Assembly (NCBI GenBank): GCA_049513915.1
Contig: JBEKVN010000002.1
Location: 242 to 64,241, forward strand
Direction: 5' to 3'
Source: Candidatus Aminicenantales bacterium
GTDB lineage: Bacteria; Acidobacteriota; Aminicenantia; Aminicenantales; Saccharicenantaceae
Length of the DNA: 64,000 nt
Below the pieces are notes generated by a model. That model had not been told where the DNA came from. It worked only from the letters and a program-made list of their open reading frames with translations, and did no database searches. Numbering within the stretch: position 1 is the first letter of the stretch; each line of letters opens with the position of its first letter. The position numbers were made by a program, and so were the translations under genes. Positions 27,901 to 36,107 of the stretch are shown here, piece by piece.

Positions 27901-29332
27901 GGGCCTCCCCAAACGGTACAGGAAGCTCCTTGTCCCGGTGGGGGAGAAGGCTGAGACGATCGCCGCCGAGATGCCGCAGGCGCCGGAGGAGGCGCCGCTC
28001 GCGAAGGCCGTGGCGGAGTTCGTCAGGCGCCGGTTCGGGGCGGACATCCCGGCCCGCGAATGGGCCCTGGCCGAAGTCCCGAAATACCTGAGAATGCGCC
28101 TGGCCGTGACCGACCCCGCGACCGGCCGCGTCATTGACACCGGCCGCGACGTCGAGCTCCTGCGGAAAAAGATCGGCGCGGCGGACGAGGCCCCGTCGAA
28201 GGTCGAATCGCCCGCCTGGCAGGAGGCCCGCCGGAAATGGGAAAAGGCGGGATTGACGTCGTGGGTCTTCGGCGATTTGCCGGCCAAGATCGTTGTCGGG
28301 ACATCCCTCACGGCCTATCCCGCGCTCGCGGTCGAGGGCGGCCAGGCTTCGGTTGAAATCCGCCTTTTTCCGGCGCGGGCCGAGGCCGAGGCGTCTCACC
28401 GACTCGGCGTCCGTTGGCTCCTCATGCTGAAATTCGCCAAAGACCTGGGCTTCGTCAGGCGGTATCACAAGATTCCGGCCGAATATGAGCGTGCGGCGGT
28501 GGCCTTCGGAGGCCGCGACGCCGTGGAGCGGGCCATCGAGAGCGCCCTGGCCCGCGAGGTCTTCGAGCGGGACATCCGCACGGATGCGGATTATAAGGCC
28601 TACGAGGCCGAGGTCGGCCGGACGCTCTTCGAGAAGGGGCATGCCCTGACCCAGACGACGCTCAAGATCCTCGAACTCAACCAGGCCCTGCGGACGGAGC
28701 TCGGGAACGGCCGGCCCGCGACCCAGCGGGGGGCGTCAAGAAGGGGTCAAATCTTCATTCTGCCACTTTCCGGAAAGAACGAGCCCCAGAAAAAGTGGCA
28801 GAATGAAGATTTGACCCCTTCTTATTTGTCGCGCGGCCGCGTCAAAGAGCCCGTCGTCCCCGCTTACTTCGAAGAGATCGCGGGCGACCTGGACGAGCTC
28901 CTGCCCGCGAATTTTCTCGAAGTTTATCCGGTCGACAGGATCATCCGCATCCCGCGCCTCCTCGACGCCTTGAAGATCCGGCTGGGGCGCGCCCGGCTCG
29001 ATCCCGAGAAGGACAAGGCCAAGGCCGCTCAGGTCGAGCCCTTCGAATTCGCGTTATCTCAGTTCGAAGCGGAAACCCCGGGCGCCGGCGCGGGGACACC
29101 AGAATTGGGGACACAATACTCATTTCCGAATTACGGTGGGGGAGCGGGGACCAGAAAAACGGAAATTAGTATTGTGTCCCCGAATTTGGAAAAGCGCCGC
29201 GCGGTCGGGGAGCTCCGCCGCATGATAGAGGAGTTCAAGGTCTCCCTTTTCGCTCCCGAGATCAAGACCGTCTTTCCCATCTCGGCCGTCCGCTTGGCCC
29301 GCAAGATCAAAGAGATCGAGGCGATTGTTTAA
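24965..29332 (+). CDS. hrpA: ATP-dependent RNA helicase HrpA (DEAH-box) carrying several in-frame palindromic insertions
   Basis: Motifs GETGCGKSTQIPK, IIIDEAHERS, SATLD and QRKGRCGR, plus an HrpA-type C-terminal region. The track ORF begins at a TTG inside a repeat (24932); the ATG at 24965 (MDKREAGQ...) is preferred. Total length about 1455 aa, longer than typical HrpA because of the insertions. Confidence 0.9.
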   Translation: MDKREAGQTTASGHLRKIRELLDRAMLRDKEQAVRALSVLQRQHGGGARPVSEGLLRDLAALEERLAASAGECQRRARARPRVSYPRELPITARAGEIIEAIRSPRNRVVIISGETGCGKSTQIPKMCLEAGRGVAGLIGCTQPRRIAAVTIAYRIAEELGEELGRSVGYKIRFQDRTSRDGYVKIMTDGILLAETQGDRRLTDYDTIIIDEAHERSLNIDFLLGIMRRLLDDRPELKLVITSATLDTEKFSQAFRNAPVIEVSGRLYPVELEYRPPAKDTAEDKDYVDQAVEAVEYIRWDKAAGDILVFMPTEQDILETRRILEGRKFPDTAVLPLFSRLPAGQQRMVYSVSRPKIVIATNVAETSLTIPGIRYVVDTGVARIAQYQPGTRINSLPISPISRASADQRKGRCGRVREGLCVRLYSETEYESRDEFTSPEILRSDLAEVILRMIDLGLGHPLEFPFIDRPAAKTVRDGYETLVELGAISRRGTQYSVPEYERSGKAGQSIVSPLRINAQGPDWALTDKGRIMARMPLDPRVSRMLVEAGRENCLPEVAVLAAALSIRDPRERPPELASQADAVHAAFRDPNSDFLLLLNIWNRYHGDFEKLGTVTQKRKFCHDHFLSFPRMREWVYLYDEIRSVLSEQHQTPGKTKGEVGPKNPETNIVSPKNKLKAEGKAAVVPHADISPVLYAAIHRSILAGFLSNIAALKEKRIYTAAKNREVTLWPGSVLFSKAPAWIVATEVVKTSRLFARQAARIDPAWLEDLGGSLCKRSYYDAAWDRGRGEVAAKERVTLFGLEILRDRRVSYGRINPAEAHEIFVMSGLVEGEVDGPPAFLPHNLGLQHKVEAMEEKLRRRDIMIPEAEIAKLYSARLPGICDIRSLLKLIKDRGGDDFLRFTEDDLILRRPDADTVSAFPDTVEVAGRPFRAVYKFAPGEDDDGVTLKVPASILSAIPDGRLEWGVPGQYKDKIAALIKGLPKRYRKLLVPVGEKAETIAAEMPQAPEEAPLAKAVAEFVRRRFGADIPAREWALAEVPKYLRMRLAVTDPATGRVIDTGRDVELLRKKIGAADEAPSKVESPAWQEARRKWEKAGLTSWVFGDLPAKIVVGTSLTAYPALAVEGGQASVEIRLFPARAEAEASHRLGVRWLLMLKFAKDLGFVRRYHKIPAEYERAAVAFGGRDAVERAIESALAREVFERDIRTDADYKAYEAEVGRTLFEKGHALTQTTLKILELNQALRTELGNGRPATQRGASRRGQIFILPLSGKNEPQKKWQNEDLTPSYLSRGRVKEPVVPAYFEEIAGDLDELLPANFLEVYPVDRIIRIPRLLDALKIRLGRARLDPEKDKAKAAQVEPFEFALSQFEAETPGAGAGTPELGTQYSFPNYGGGAGTRKTEISIVSPNLEKRRAVGELRRMIEEFKVSLFAPEIKTVFPISAVRLARKIKEIEAIV
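26436..26503. repeat. Perfect 22-bp inverted repeat (GGGGGACACAATACTCTGTCCC … GGGACAGAGTATTGTGTCCCCC, 24-nt loop) inside the hrpA coding frame
   Basis: Read directly at 26436–26457 and 26482–26503. Encodes …SRRGTQYSVPEYERSGKAGQSIVSP… between conserved HrpA blocks (…LVELGAI | LTDKGRIMARMPLDPRVSRML…). Confidence 0.9.
26956..26993. repeat. Degenerate solo arm of the same GGGACAC-type element inside hrpA
   Basis: GGAAACAAATATTGTGTCGCCGAAAAATAAATTGAAAG resembles the right arm of the 29102–29187 element (CGGAAATTAGTATTGTGTCCCCGAATTTGGAAAAG). No partner arm is visible. Confidence 0.45.
28738..28823. repeat. Perfect 32-bp inverted repeat (AAGAAGGGGTCAAATCTTCATTCTGCCACTTT … AAAGTGGCAGAATGAAGATTTGACCCCTTCTT, 22-nt loop) inside the hrpA coding frame
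   Basis: Read directly. Encodes …RGQIFILPLSGKNEPQKKWQNEDLTPSYL… in frame. Confidence 0.9.
29102..29187. repeat. Near-perfect inverted repeat (GAATTGGGGACACAATACTCATTTCCG … CGGAAATTAGTATTGTGTCCCCGAATTT) inside the hrpA coding frame, sharing the GGGACAC core with the RAYT REPs
   Basis: Arms with 1–2 mismatches and a ~31-nt loop. Encodes …ELGTQYSFPNYGGGAGTRKTEISIVSPNLEK… in frame. The first 15 nt are identical to the 26436 element. Confidence 0.85.
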
Positions 29333-29459
29333 CCACGGCCCGAAGCGCACCCCGATCCAACCCGTTTCCGGATGGCGTCCAGGCGGGATTTGAAGTAACA
29401 TGGACGGGCGGGCCGCGCCCGACGCGCCCGATCGACACGGGAGAAACGGAGGGTTCATC

Positions 29460-30992
29460 ATGGGCTCAAGCATGCCGCCAAATCCGCGCTCGAAAAGCTA
29501 TGACCTCGTCGTCGTCGGGAGCGGCGTCGGTGTCACCGTGCTCGAAGTAGGCCTCAAGCACGGCCTCAAGTGCGCCCTCGTTGAATCCGGAAAAATCGGC
29601 GGGACATGCCTGAACCGCGGCTGCATCCCCTCGAAGATTCTGACCGTGCCCGCGGACGTCATCCGCGAGGCGGAGCACGCCCGGAAGATCGGGGCGGGCC
29701 TCCGGTCCGACCAGCCGGATTGGGATCTTGTGGCGCGCCGGATGTGGGACAAGATCGCCGAAAACGAGCAGATGGAGCGGGGTCTGGCCGGAGTGCCGGG
29801 CTTGGACGTTTACCGCGGGACGGGAGAATTCACCGGCGACCTCCAGTTGCGGGTGGCCCCCAACGACGGCTCGCCCGTGGTGGAGTTCACGGCCGCCCGC
29901 TTCGTCCTGGCGACGGGGGCCCGGTCTTTCATTCCCCCGGTCAGCGGTCTCGACGAGACCGGATACGTGACGAGCGAGTCGTTTTTCGGGGCGAAGTTCC
30001 CGCGCGCGCCCTGGAAGAGCCTGGTCATCGTCGGCGGGGGAGTCATCGCCGCCGAATTCGCCCACGTCTTCTCCGCTTTTGGGGCAAAGGTCTCGGTCAT
30101 CGAGATGGAACCGCGGCTCCTGCCGGCCGAAGAGCCCGAGGTGAGCTCGTTCGTGGCCCTCGAGTTCGGGAAGACGATGACGGTCCAACTCGACGCCAAG
30201 GCCGTCGCCGCCCGTCCGGGGACGCACGGCACGAAGGTCGTCACCTTCGAAAACGTGAAAACCGGACAAACGGGCGAGGCCGAGGGGGAGGAGATCCTTG
30301 TCGCCGTCGGCCGCCGCTCGAACGCCGACCTCCTGCATCTCGAAAAAACGGGGGTCAAGACCGATGCCCGCGGCTGGATCGCCGTAAACGAATTCCTCGA
30401 GACAACGCGGCCCGGGATCTGGGCGATCGGCGACGCCGTCGGCGGGTATCAATTCCGGCACAAGGCGAATTATGATTCGGATATCTGCGCCCACAACCTG
30501 TTCGAGACATCGCACGCGAAGGTTCCCGTCGATTATTCGGTCGTCCCCTGGGCGGTCTACACGCACCCCCAGGTCGGCCACGCGGGGATGACCGAGCGGC
30601 AGGCGCTCGAGGCCGGCCACGAGATCTACCGCGCCATCCACCGGTACTCGGACGTGGCCAGGGGATACGCCCTGGGCTACGATGCCGGGGACCCGGACGA
30701 TGGGTTCGTTAAGCTCATCGTGGACAGGTCCCTGCGGATCCTCGGCGCCCACGTCGTCGGGCCCCATGCGTCGACACTCGTCCAGCCCTTCGTTTACCTC
30801 ATGAACGCCGGCTACACGTGCGTCCCTCCGGAGAAGCGGGGCGAGCCACTCATCCCGAAAGAACTGAGGGTCTGCCCCGAGGCGGGCTCCATCATGCCGA
30901 TTTACCGTTCGATGGTCATCCATCCCTCGCTCAACGAGGTCACCGCTTGGGCGCTCCGCGAACTCCATCCGGTGAATTTTAAGACCGGATAG
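29460..30992 (+). CDS. Class I pyridine-nucleotide-disulfide oxidoreductase (dihydrolipoamide dehydrogenase / mercuric reductase-like flavoprotein)
   Basis: FAD-binding GxGxxG (DLVVVGSGVGV). Redox-active disulfide GGTCLNRGCIPSK. Second NAD-binding fold (LVIVGGGVIAAEFA). GGAGGG RBS 8 nt upstream of the ATG at 29460. Confidence 0.75.
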   Translation: MGSSMPPNPRSKSYDLVVVGSGVGVTVLEVGLKHGLKCALVESGKIGGTCLNRGCIPSKILTVPADVIREAEHARKIGAGLRSDQPDWDLVARRMWDKIAENEQMERGLAGVPGLDVYRGTGEFTGDLQLRVAPNDGSPVVEFTAARFVLATGARSFIPPVSGLDETGYVTSESFFGAKFPRAPWKSLVIVGGGVIAAEFAHVFSAFGAKVSVIEMEPRLLPAEEPEVSSFVALEFGKTMTVQLDAKAVAARPGTHGTKVVTFENVKTGQTGEAEGEEILVAVGRRSNADLLHLEKTGVKTDARGWIAVNEFLETTRPGIWAIGDAVGGYQFRHKANYDSDICAHNLFETSHAKVPVDYSVVPWAVYTHPQVGHAGMTERQALEAGHEIYRAIHRYSDVARGYALGYDAGDPDDGFVKLIVDRSLRILGAHVVGPHASTLVQPFVYLMNAGYTCVPPEKRGEPLIPKELRVCPEAGSIMPIYRSMVIHPSLNEVTAWALRELHPVNFKTG

Positions 30993-31059
30993 GAGGGAGC
31001 GCCCGGCCTGAAACGGGAGGCATTGAAGCGCGGATTCTATGAGTTCATAGGAGGTTCGA

Positions 31060-32598
31060 ATGCCCAAGGCCGCTAAATTCACGGTTTTTGCCATCCTCTC
31101 CGGGCTCTGCCTGGTTTCATCGCTGCTCCTAGCGCAGCATCAGACGCCCACCCCGAACGGGCAGACTGCCGTCGATCCCGCCAAACCCCAGACGGGCACG
31201 GCTTCGCTCCGCGTCCTCGTCGACCCGCGCATCGAGCTCATGAGCATCATCTTCCGCCTGGCCGGGAACCAGGAATACAACCAGGGCCGGATCCCGTCCT
31301 ACAACAAGGATGTCGACGCTTACTTCGCCGCGTTCAAGAGCCACGCCGCCGTGGTCCGGGCCAGCGCCCTCCGCGAGTCGCACGGCGTGAGCTTCAACGC
31401 CCCGATGTCCCTGGCGATTTATCTGACCGCGCCGCCCGCTCTCGCCGAGCGCGTCCCGCTCGATCCTCTGCCTTCCGGCGTCGACGAGCGCTGGACCGCC
31501 GCCGATGCCCGCGCCTTCCTGGCCGACCTCCGCTCGTTCGCCCGCGACACGAAATTCGACGCCTTCCTGGCCGCCCATCAAACGCTCTATCATACGAGCG
31601 TCGACGGCCTCCAGCAGGTCATCCGCGAAGCCCGCGTCATCGAGTGGTTCGACGGCTTCTTCGGACGCCGCGCCGCGGCCGACTTCATCATCCCCCTGGG
31701 CATGCTCAACGGCGGCGGAAGTTACAGAGCGAGCGCGCATCTAGCCGGCGGGGCGGAGGAGATCTATTCGGTCCTCGGAGTCTGGGCCATGGACGACAAG
31801 GGCCTGCCGAAATTCGACAAGGGGGTTGCCGGCACGATCGTTCACGAATTCTGCCATTCCTACTCCAACCCGATCGTCGATGCGCACCTGGAGGCCCTCA
31901 AGGCGGCGGGGGAGAAGATTTTCCCGGTGGTCGAGTCCGAGCTGCGCCAGCAGGCGTACAGCACTTGGCAAACGATGATGTATGAATCGGTCGTCAGGGC
32001 CTGCAGCGTCCGCTACGCGCTAGCCACCTCCGGCCTCGGGGCCGCCGCCAGCGAGATCGGCTATAACCGCGAGCGGCTTTTCCTCTGGACCGGCGGGCTT
32101 TCTGAACTCCTCGGCGAATATGAGAAGAACCGCGCCGCTTACCCGACGTTGGACGCGTTTTTCCCGCGCGTGATCACCTTCTTCGACGACTATGCCCGGA
32201 CCGGCCGGGCCGCCGCCGACCTCGCCGCGCTCCGGAAGGAGAAAAGCGCCAGGATGGAAGCCCTGGCGGCGAAGGCGCCCAAGGTTGTCTCGATCTCGCC
32301 CGATAACGGCGCCAAGGACGTCGACCCGGCCCTGGTCAACGAGATTCGCATCACCTTCGACCGGCCGCTCAAGGCCGACCGCATGGCCCTCATCACCGTG
32401 CCCGGCGCCGAATTCCCGGGCTCGCAGGTGAACACGCCCCGCTACGACGCCTCGCGAACGACGCTCACCATCCCCTGCGACCTCAAGCCGGATACGGCCT
32501 ACGGGTTCTCGATGAACTCGGCAGAGCTCCTGGTGATGGCCGACGACCAGGGCAATCCCCTCGTCCCGCTGGTCTATCGGTTCCGAACGAAAAAATAG
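31060..32598 (+). CDS. Secreted putative zinc metallopeptidase-like protein (HExxH) with C-terminal bacterial Ig-like domain
   Basis: Signal peptide MPKAAKFTVFAILSGLCLVSSLLLAQ. HExxH in GTIVHEFCHSY. C-terminal VVSISPDNGAKDVDPALVNEIRITFDRPL is Big/SbsA-Ig-like. Confidence 0.45.
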   Translation: MPKAAKFTVFAILSGLCLVSSLLLAQHQTPTPNGQTAVDPAKPQTGTASLRVLVDPRIELMSIIFRLAGNQEYNQGRIPSYNKDVDAYFAAFKSHAAVVRASALRESHGVSFNAPMSLAIYLTAPPALAERVPLDPLPSGVDERWTAADARAFLADLRSFARDTKFDAFLAAHQTLYHTSVDGLQQVIREARVIEWFDGFFGRRAAADFIIPLGMLNGGGSYRASAHLAGGAEEIYSVLGVWAMDDKGLPKFDKGVAGTIVHEFCHSYSNPIVDAHLEALKAAGEKIFPVVESELRQQAYSTWQTMMYESVVRACSVRYALATSGLGAAASEIGYNRERLFLWTGGLSELLGEYEKNRAAYPTLDAFFPRVITFFDDYARTGRAAADLAALRKEKSARMEALAAKAPKVVSISPDNGAKDVDPALVNEIRITFDRPLKADRMALITVPGAEFPGSQVNTPRYDASRTTLTIPCDLKPDTAYGFSMNSAELLVMADDQGNPLVPLVYRFRTKK

Positions 32599-32634
32599 CG
32601 TGAGCCGGCGCCCGGCCTGAAACAGGAGGCATGA

Positions 32635-33978
32635 ATGAAGCGCGCGATCCTAATCTTGTTCGTCATGACGGGATGGATGGTCCCTGTCGTCCGATCGTCC
32701 CAGGATCCTGCGGGGTTGACGGAGATTACCAAATGGCCGTTTAACAAGCGGGCCGCGGTTTCGTTGACCTTTGACGACAACAGCATCAATCAGTTCCGGG
32801 TGGCCGTTCCCATCATGAATAAGCTCGGCCTTCCCGCCACTTTTCATATCATCACGGGCGACATCTCCGGCTCACGATACCACGGCACGTTTATCGGCCG
32901 CCCGGTCTCGGCGGTCATCCTGGATACGGCTCGCACGCCGACCAACGCGGACAATTTTTTCGAACGGGCCTCCGCGATCAGATACTTGGGACTCCAGGGA
33001 ACACTCGAGTTTCATACCCGTGCCGGCGAGCTCTACGAGCATGGAAAAAGCAACGAAGCTTACCGCCTTATCGACGAGGCGTATGCCAAGGTGCGGCGGG
33101 GCGATTTTCCCCCGGAGCCGGAGTCGCGAGCCAACGCCGACCGGCGGAACGCGATCACCTGGGACGATCTGAAGAAGCTGGCGGCCCGGGGATTCGAATT
33201 TTCGAGCCACACGGTCACGCATCCCCGGCTGGCCGTCCTTGATGAGGCCAACCTGATTTACGAGCTGGACAAGAGCCGGGAGGAAATCCTTAATCATTTG
33301 GGTTTCAAGCACACGTTCACGGTCGAATGTCCGTATGGGACCGAAGACGAGCGCGTCATCAAGTACGCGTTAGCCCGGTATCCGGCGTCGCGCAACCGCA
33401 TGCCCGAAACGTTCCTCGAAGAGCTCAACCGCTCGAGCGAAAAGGACCCAGGCGCCTCCTCGAAGGAGTACGTCCAGTGGCAGAGAGGAGTCCTGACAAA
33501 GACGCCCACGTCGCTGATGAAATCGTGGGTCGACACGGTCGCCGCGCACGGCAATATGTGGCTCGTGCTGGTATTCCACGGTGTCGACGGCGTCGGCTGG
33601 GAACCGACGACGGGTGCGGAGCTCCTGGAGTATTTCAGCTACATCAAATCGAGGGACGACCGGGTGTGGGCGGCGACGTTCGGGGATGTGACCAAGTATA
33701 TGAGGGAGCGGATGCGGAGCACGATCCGGACATCCCGGGAGGGGGACGTGATGGAGGTGGTCTTGCGCCATGATCTCGCGGACGAAAGATATGACCTGCC
33801 GCTCACTCTGAAAACATACGTCCCGGCCGATTGGACCGCCGTGGAAGTGCGCCAGGGAACCGGGTTCACGCGAGCGGCCGCGGAAAAGGACCGACGGGGG
33901 AGCTTCGTCCTGTATCAAGCCCGGCCGAATGCCGAGCCCGTGCGGCTCCAGCGGGCAGCTCGCGGCGACGACAGATAA
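32635..33978 (+). CDS. Secreted polysaccharide deacetylase (CE4 / NodB-homology) family protein
   Basis: Signal peptide. TFDD motif (AAVSLTFDDNSINQF). His motifs (FEFSSHTVTHPRL) characteristic of CE4. Confidence 0.65.
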   Translation: MKRAILILFVMTGWMVPVVRSSQDPAGLTEITKWPFNKRAAVSLTFDDNSINQFRVAVPIMNKLGLPATFHIITGDISGSRYHGTFIGRPVSAVILDTARTPTNADNFFERASAIRYLGLQGTLEFHTRAGELYEHGKSNEAYRLIDEAYAKVRRGDFPPEPESRANADRRNAITWDDLKKLAARGFEFSSHTVTHPRLAVLDEANLIYELDKSREEILNHLGFKHTFTVECPYGTEDERVIKYALARYPASRNRMPETFLEELNRSSEKDPGASSKEYVQWQRGVLTKTPTSLMKSWVDTVAAHGNMWLVLVFHGVDGVGWEPTTGAELLEYFSYIKSRDDRVWAATFGDVTKYMRERMRSTIRTSREGDVMEVVLRHDLADERYDLPLTLKTYVPADWTAVEVRQGTGFTRAAAEKDRRGSFVLYQARPNAEPVRLQRAARGDDR

Positions 33979-34043
33979 TAATCGGCCCAGCTTCTTTTCC
34001 CGGTGTTTTCCTGGCCGGAAGACGTCACTAAGTGCTCGATTTG

Positions 34044-34134
34044 GAGGCCGAAAACATCAAGTTAAGGCCAATAAGGGGAGCGAAAAAGAAGCTTGTTTGT
34101 TTTGTATCAATCAGATAAGTTGGTCCGACCCCAA
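34044..34134. repeat. Composite palindromic repeat locus D (half-hairpin GGAGGCCGAAAACATCAAGTTAAGG + TTGGTCCGACCCCAA box)
   Basis: Half hairpin at 34044–34068. Box at 34120–34134, preceded by the conserved GATAAGT. Intergenic between the deacetylase gene and the vapBC pair. Confidence 0.7.
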
Positions 34135-34152
34135 AAGCTACTGGCGTCCGTC

Positions 34153-34509
34153 CTAATACGCAACATTCAATCGAGCCGCCGTCCTGCTGAGCGTGCGGTC
34201 GAGTGTCCAGAGCGGCGCCCCGGTGATAACCGCAGACGCCAGCAGGTGGACGTCGATGTATCCGAGGCCGATCCCGGCGAGCCGGCGAAGCTCGATAAAC
34301 CTCATCGCCTCTTCGTCGCTCACCGCGGCCGCCCGGGGGAGGGTTTGGAGCAGGTCCAGAATTTCCCTCCGGTTCTTGAGATTCCCGCAAGCCAATTCGC
34401 CGACGATGAACGGATGGGAAAGGACTTCCCCCTTATCGAGCGCCGCCCCGAGCCGGTCATTCCCTTCCCGGAAATGGGCTACCCAAACCGACGTATCGAC
34501 CAGAACCAT
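34153..34509 (-). CDS. vapC: PIN-domain toxin VapC
   Basis: MVLVDTSVWVAHF... with the N-terminal Asp quartet context typical of PIN/VapC. Lies directly downstream of a small antitoxin gene. Confidence 0.8.
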   Translation of the reverse strand: MVLVDTSVWVAHFREGNDRLGAALDKGEVLSHPFIVGELACGNLKNRREILDLLQTLPRAAAVSDEEAMRFIELRRLAGIGLGYIDVHLLASAVITGAPLWTLDRTLSRTAARLNVAY

Positions 34510-34512
34510 ATG

Positions 34513-34707
34513 TCAATCCGCCGCTCTTCGTCTCGGAATGGGGCGTAATCCCTTCTCCGTTCCGCCGAGCTTCGCCAGCCGCCGGCTGCTCTCCAGGGCA
34601 ATCAGCGATTCCAGGCCCTTTCTGACCAGGGATGTTTTTTCCTTAATTCCGGTCATCTCCGCGGCGGTTTTCAGAAGATTGTCGTCGATATTGATGGTCG
34701 TCCTCAT
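34513..34707 (-). CDS. vapB: VapB-family antitoxin
   Basis: 64-aa protein MRTTINIDDNLLKTAAEMTGIKEKTSLVRKGLESL... typical of the small VapB/'DUF2191'-type antitoxins. 3-bp gap to vapC. Confidence 0.6.
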   Translation of the reverse strand: MRTTINIDDNLLKTAAEMTGIKEKTSLVRKGLESLIALESSRRLAKLGGTEKGLRPIPRRRAAD

Positions 34708-34740
34708 ATGTATATATATGCATCATTAATGCATATAAGT
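34705..34740. promoter_or_regulatory. Candidate vapBC-1 operator/promoter: AT-rich palindromes CATATGTATATATATG and TATATGCAT-cattA-ATGCATATA
   Basis: Perfect 9-bp inverted repeat at 34715–34737, immediately upstream of the vapB start (34707, minus strand). Confidence 0.4.
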
Positions 34741-34867
34741 CAAGGGGGTCACGAGACTCCTTCGTTTCTCTTGTAAAGGACGCAGGCTAACGCGCTCCAT
34801 TATCAATTGTTGAAAGAGGCCTACATCCCCCGCCCGGTCATGCTAAAATAGGCGGGAGGTGTCCGAC

Positions 34868-35893
34868 ATGGAGAAGAAACCTTCATCCTGGGCGGCGGCC
34901 CGCGATCAGGCGATCGACGAGTTCCTTGACACGTTCGCGGATTCCCCCGACCGCGACCTCCTGGCCGAGATCATGGTCACGGTCACCCGGCTGGCCCGCG
35001 AGAAAACGGGCCGGGGCGAGCTCAAGCTCCTCACCTCGGCGTTCATGGAACTGCGCTACGCGTTCAAGGTTTTCGCGCCGTTTTCCCATATCCGCAAGGT
35101 GAGCATCTTCGGCTCGAGCCGGACGCCGCCCGGCCATCCCGACTACGTCCAGGCCGAGTCGTTCGCGCGGCTCATGCGCCTCCGGAATTGGATGGTCATC
35201 ACCGGCGCCGGCGACGGCATCATGGGGGCCGGTCAGGCCGGGGCCGGGCGCTCGGGCAGCTTTGGCGTCGCTATCCGCCTGCCCCACGAGCAGCAAACGA
35301 ACGAAGTTATCCTGGCCGACCCCAAGCTCATCAACTTCAAGTACTTCTTCACGCGCAAGATCCTGTTCCTGAAGGAAGCCTCGGCCATCTGCCTGTTCCC
35401 GGGCGGGTTCGGCACGCACGATGAGGGGTTCGAGTCGCTGACCATGATCCAGACGGGAAAGGCCAACCTCATGCCCGTGGTCATGGTTGACGCGCCGGGC
35501 GGCACGTACTGGCAGCATTGGCGGACGTACATCAAGGCGGAGCTCCTCCACAACGGGATGATCGCGCCGGAGGACATGAACCTTTTCATGCTCACCGACG
35601 ACGTCGACAAGGCGGTCGAGGAAATCGCCGGCTTTTACCGCCGCTACCATTCGATGCGCTACGTGGGGCCCAGGCTCGTGCTTCGGGTCACGTCACCCGT
35701 GCCGGCTCAGGCTTTGGTGAAGCTCAACGATACGTACTGCGGGATCGTCACAGCCGGCAGGATCGAGCAGTGCGCGGGGCCGGTCGAAGGGGAAGGGGAC
35801 GAATATCCGGGGATGCCGCGGATCACACTCCAGTTCAACCGGAAAAACGTGGGCACACTCCGGCTGATGGTGAACGAGATCAACCAGGCATAG
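34868..35893 (+). CDS. LOG-family (lysine-decarboxylase-like / nucleotide 5'-monophosphate nucleosidase-like) protein with N- and C-terminal extensions
   Basis: Motifs KVSIFGSSR, ITGAGDGIMGAG (GGGxxGxMG-like) and LFPGGFGTHDEGFE (PGGxGTxxE). GGAGG RBS 8 nt upstream of the ATG at 34868; an alternative GTG lies at 34859. Confidence 0.7.
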   Translation: MEKKPSSWAAARDQAIDEFLDTFADSPDRDLLAEIMVTVTRLAREKTGRGELKLLTSAFMELRYAFKVFAPFSHIRKVSIFGSSRTPPGHPDYVQAESFARLMRLRNWMVITGAGDGIMGAGQAGAGRSGSFGVAIRLPHEQQTNEVILADPKLINFKYFFTRKILFLKEASAICLFPGGFGTHDEGFESLTMIQTGKANLMPVVMVDAPGGTYWQHWRTYIKAELLHNGMIAPEDMNLFMLTDDVDKAVEEIAGFYRRYHSMRYVGPRLVLRVTSPVPAQALVKLNDTYCGIVTAGRIEQCAGPVEGEGDEYPGMPRITLQFNRKNVGTLRLMVNEINQA

Positions 35894-36064
35894 GCCCCCA
35901 TCTCGGACACTCAACCCGCCACTTTTTATGGCAATGAACGGTTTTCTATTTCTTGGATACAGTGACTCACCCAAGAGGCTGAGATCTGAATGACCTTTTG
36001 CCGACATCTAAGGCTTTCGGGCATGCACGTGAGAAAATTCAAAAAATCATGTGTTATAAATAAA

Positions 36065-36096
36065 TGTGGTGAAAAATACAACGATTGTGGTAAAAT
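36065..36096 (+). promoter_or_regulatory. Direct repeats TGTGGTGAAAAAT / TGTGGTAAAAT in the AT-rich region upstream of the wHTH-MNT gene (possible autoregulatory operator and -10 element)
   Basis: Two copies 20 nt apart, directly before the ATG at 36108. TAAAAT could serve as a -10. Confidence 0.3.
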
Positions 36097-36107
36097 TTAC
36101 TACAGCA

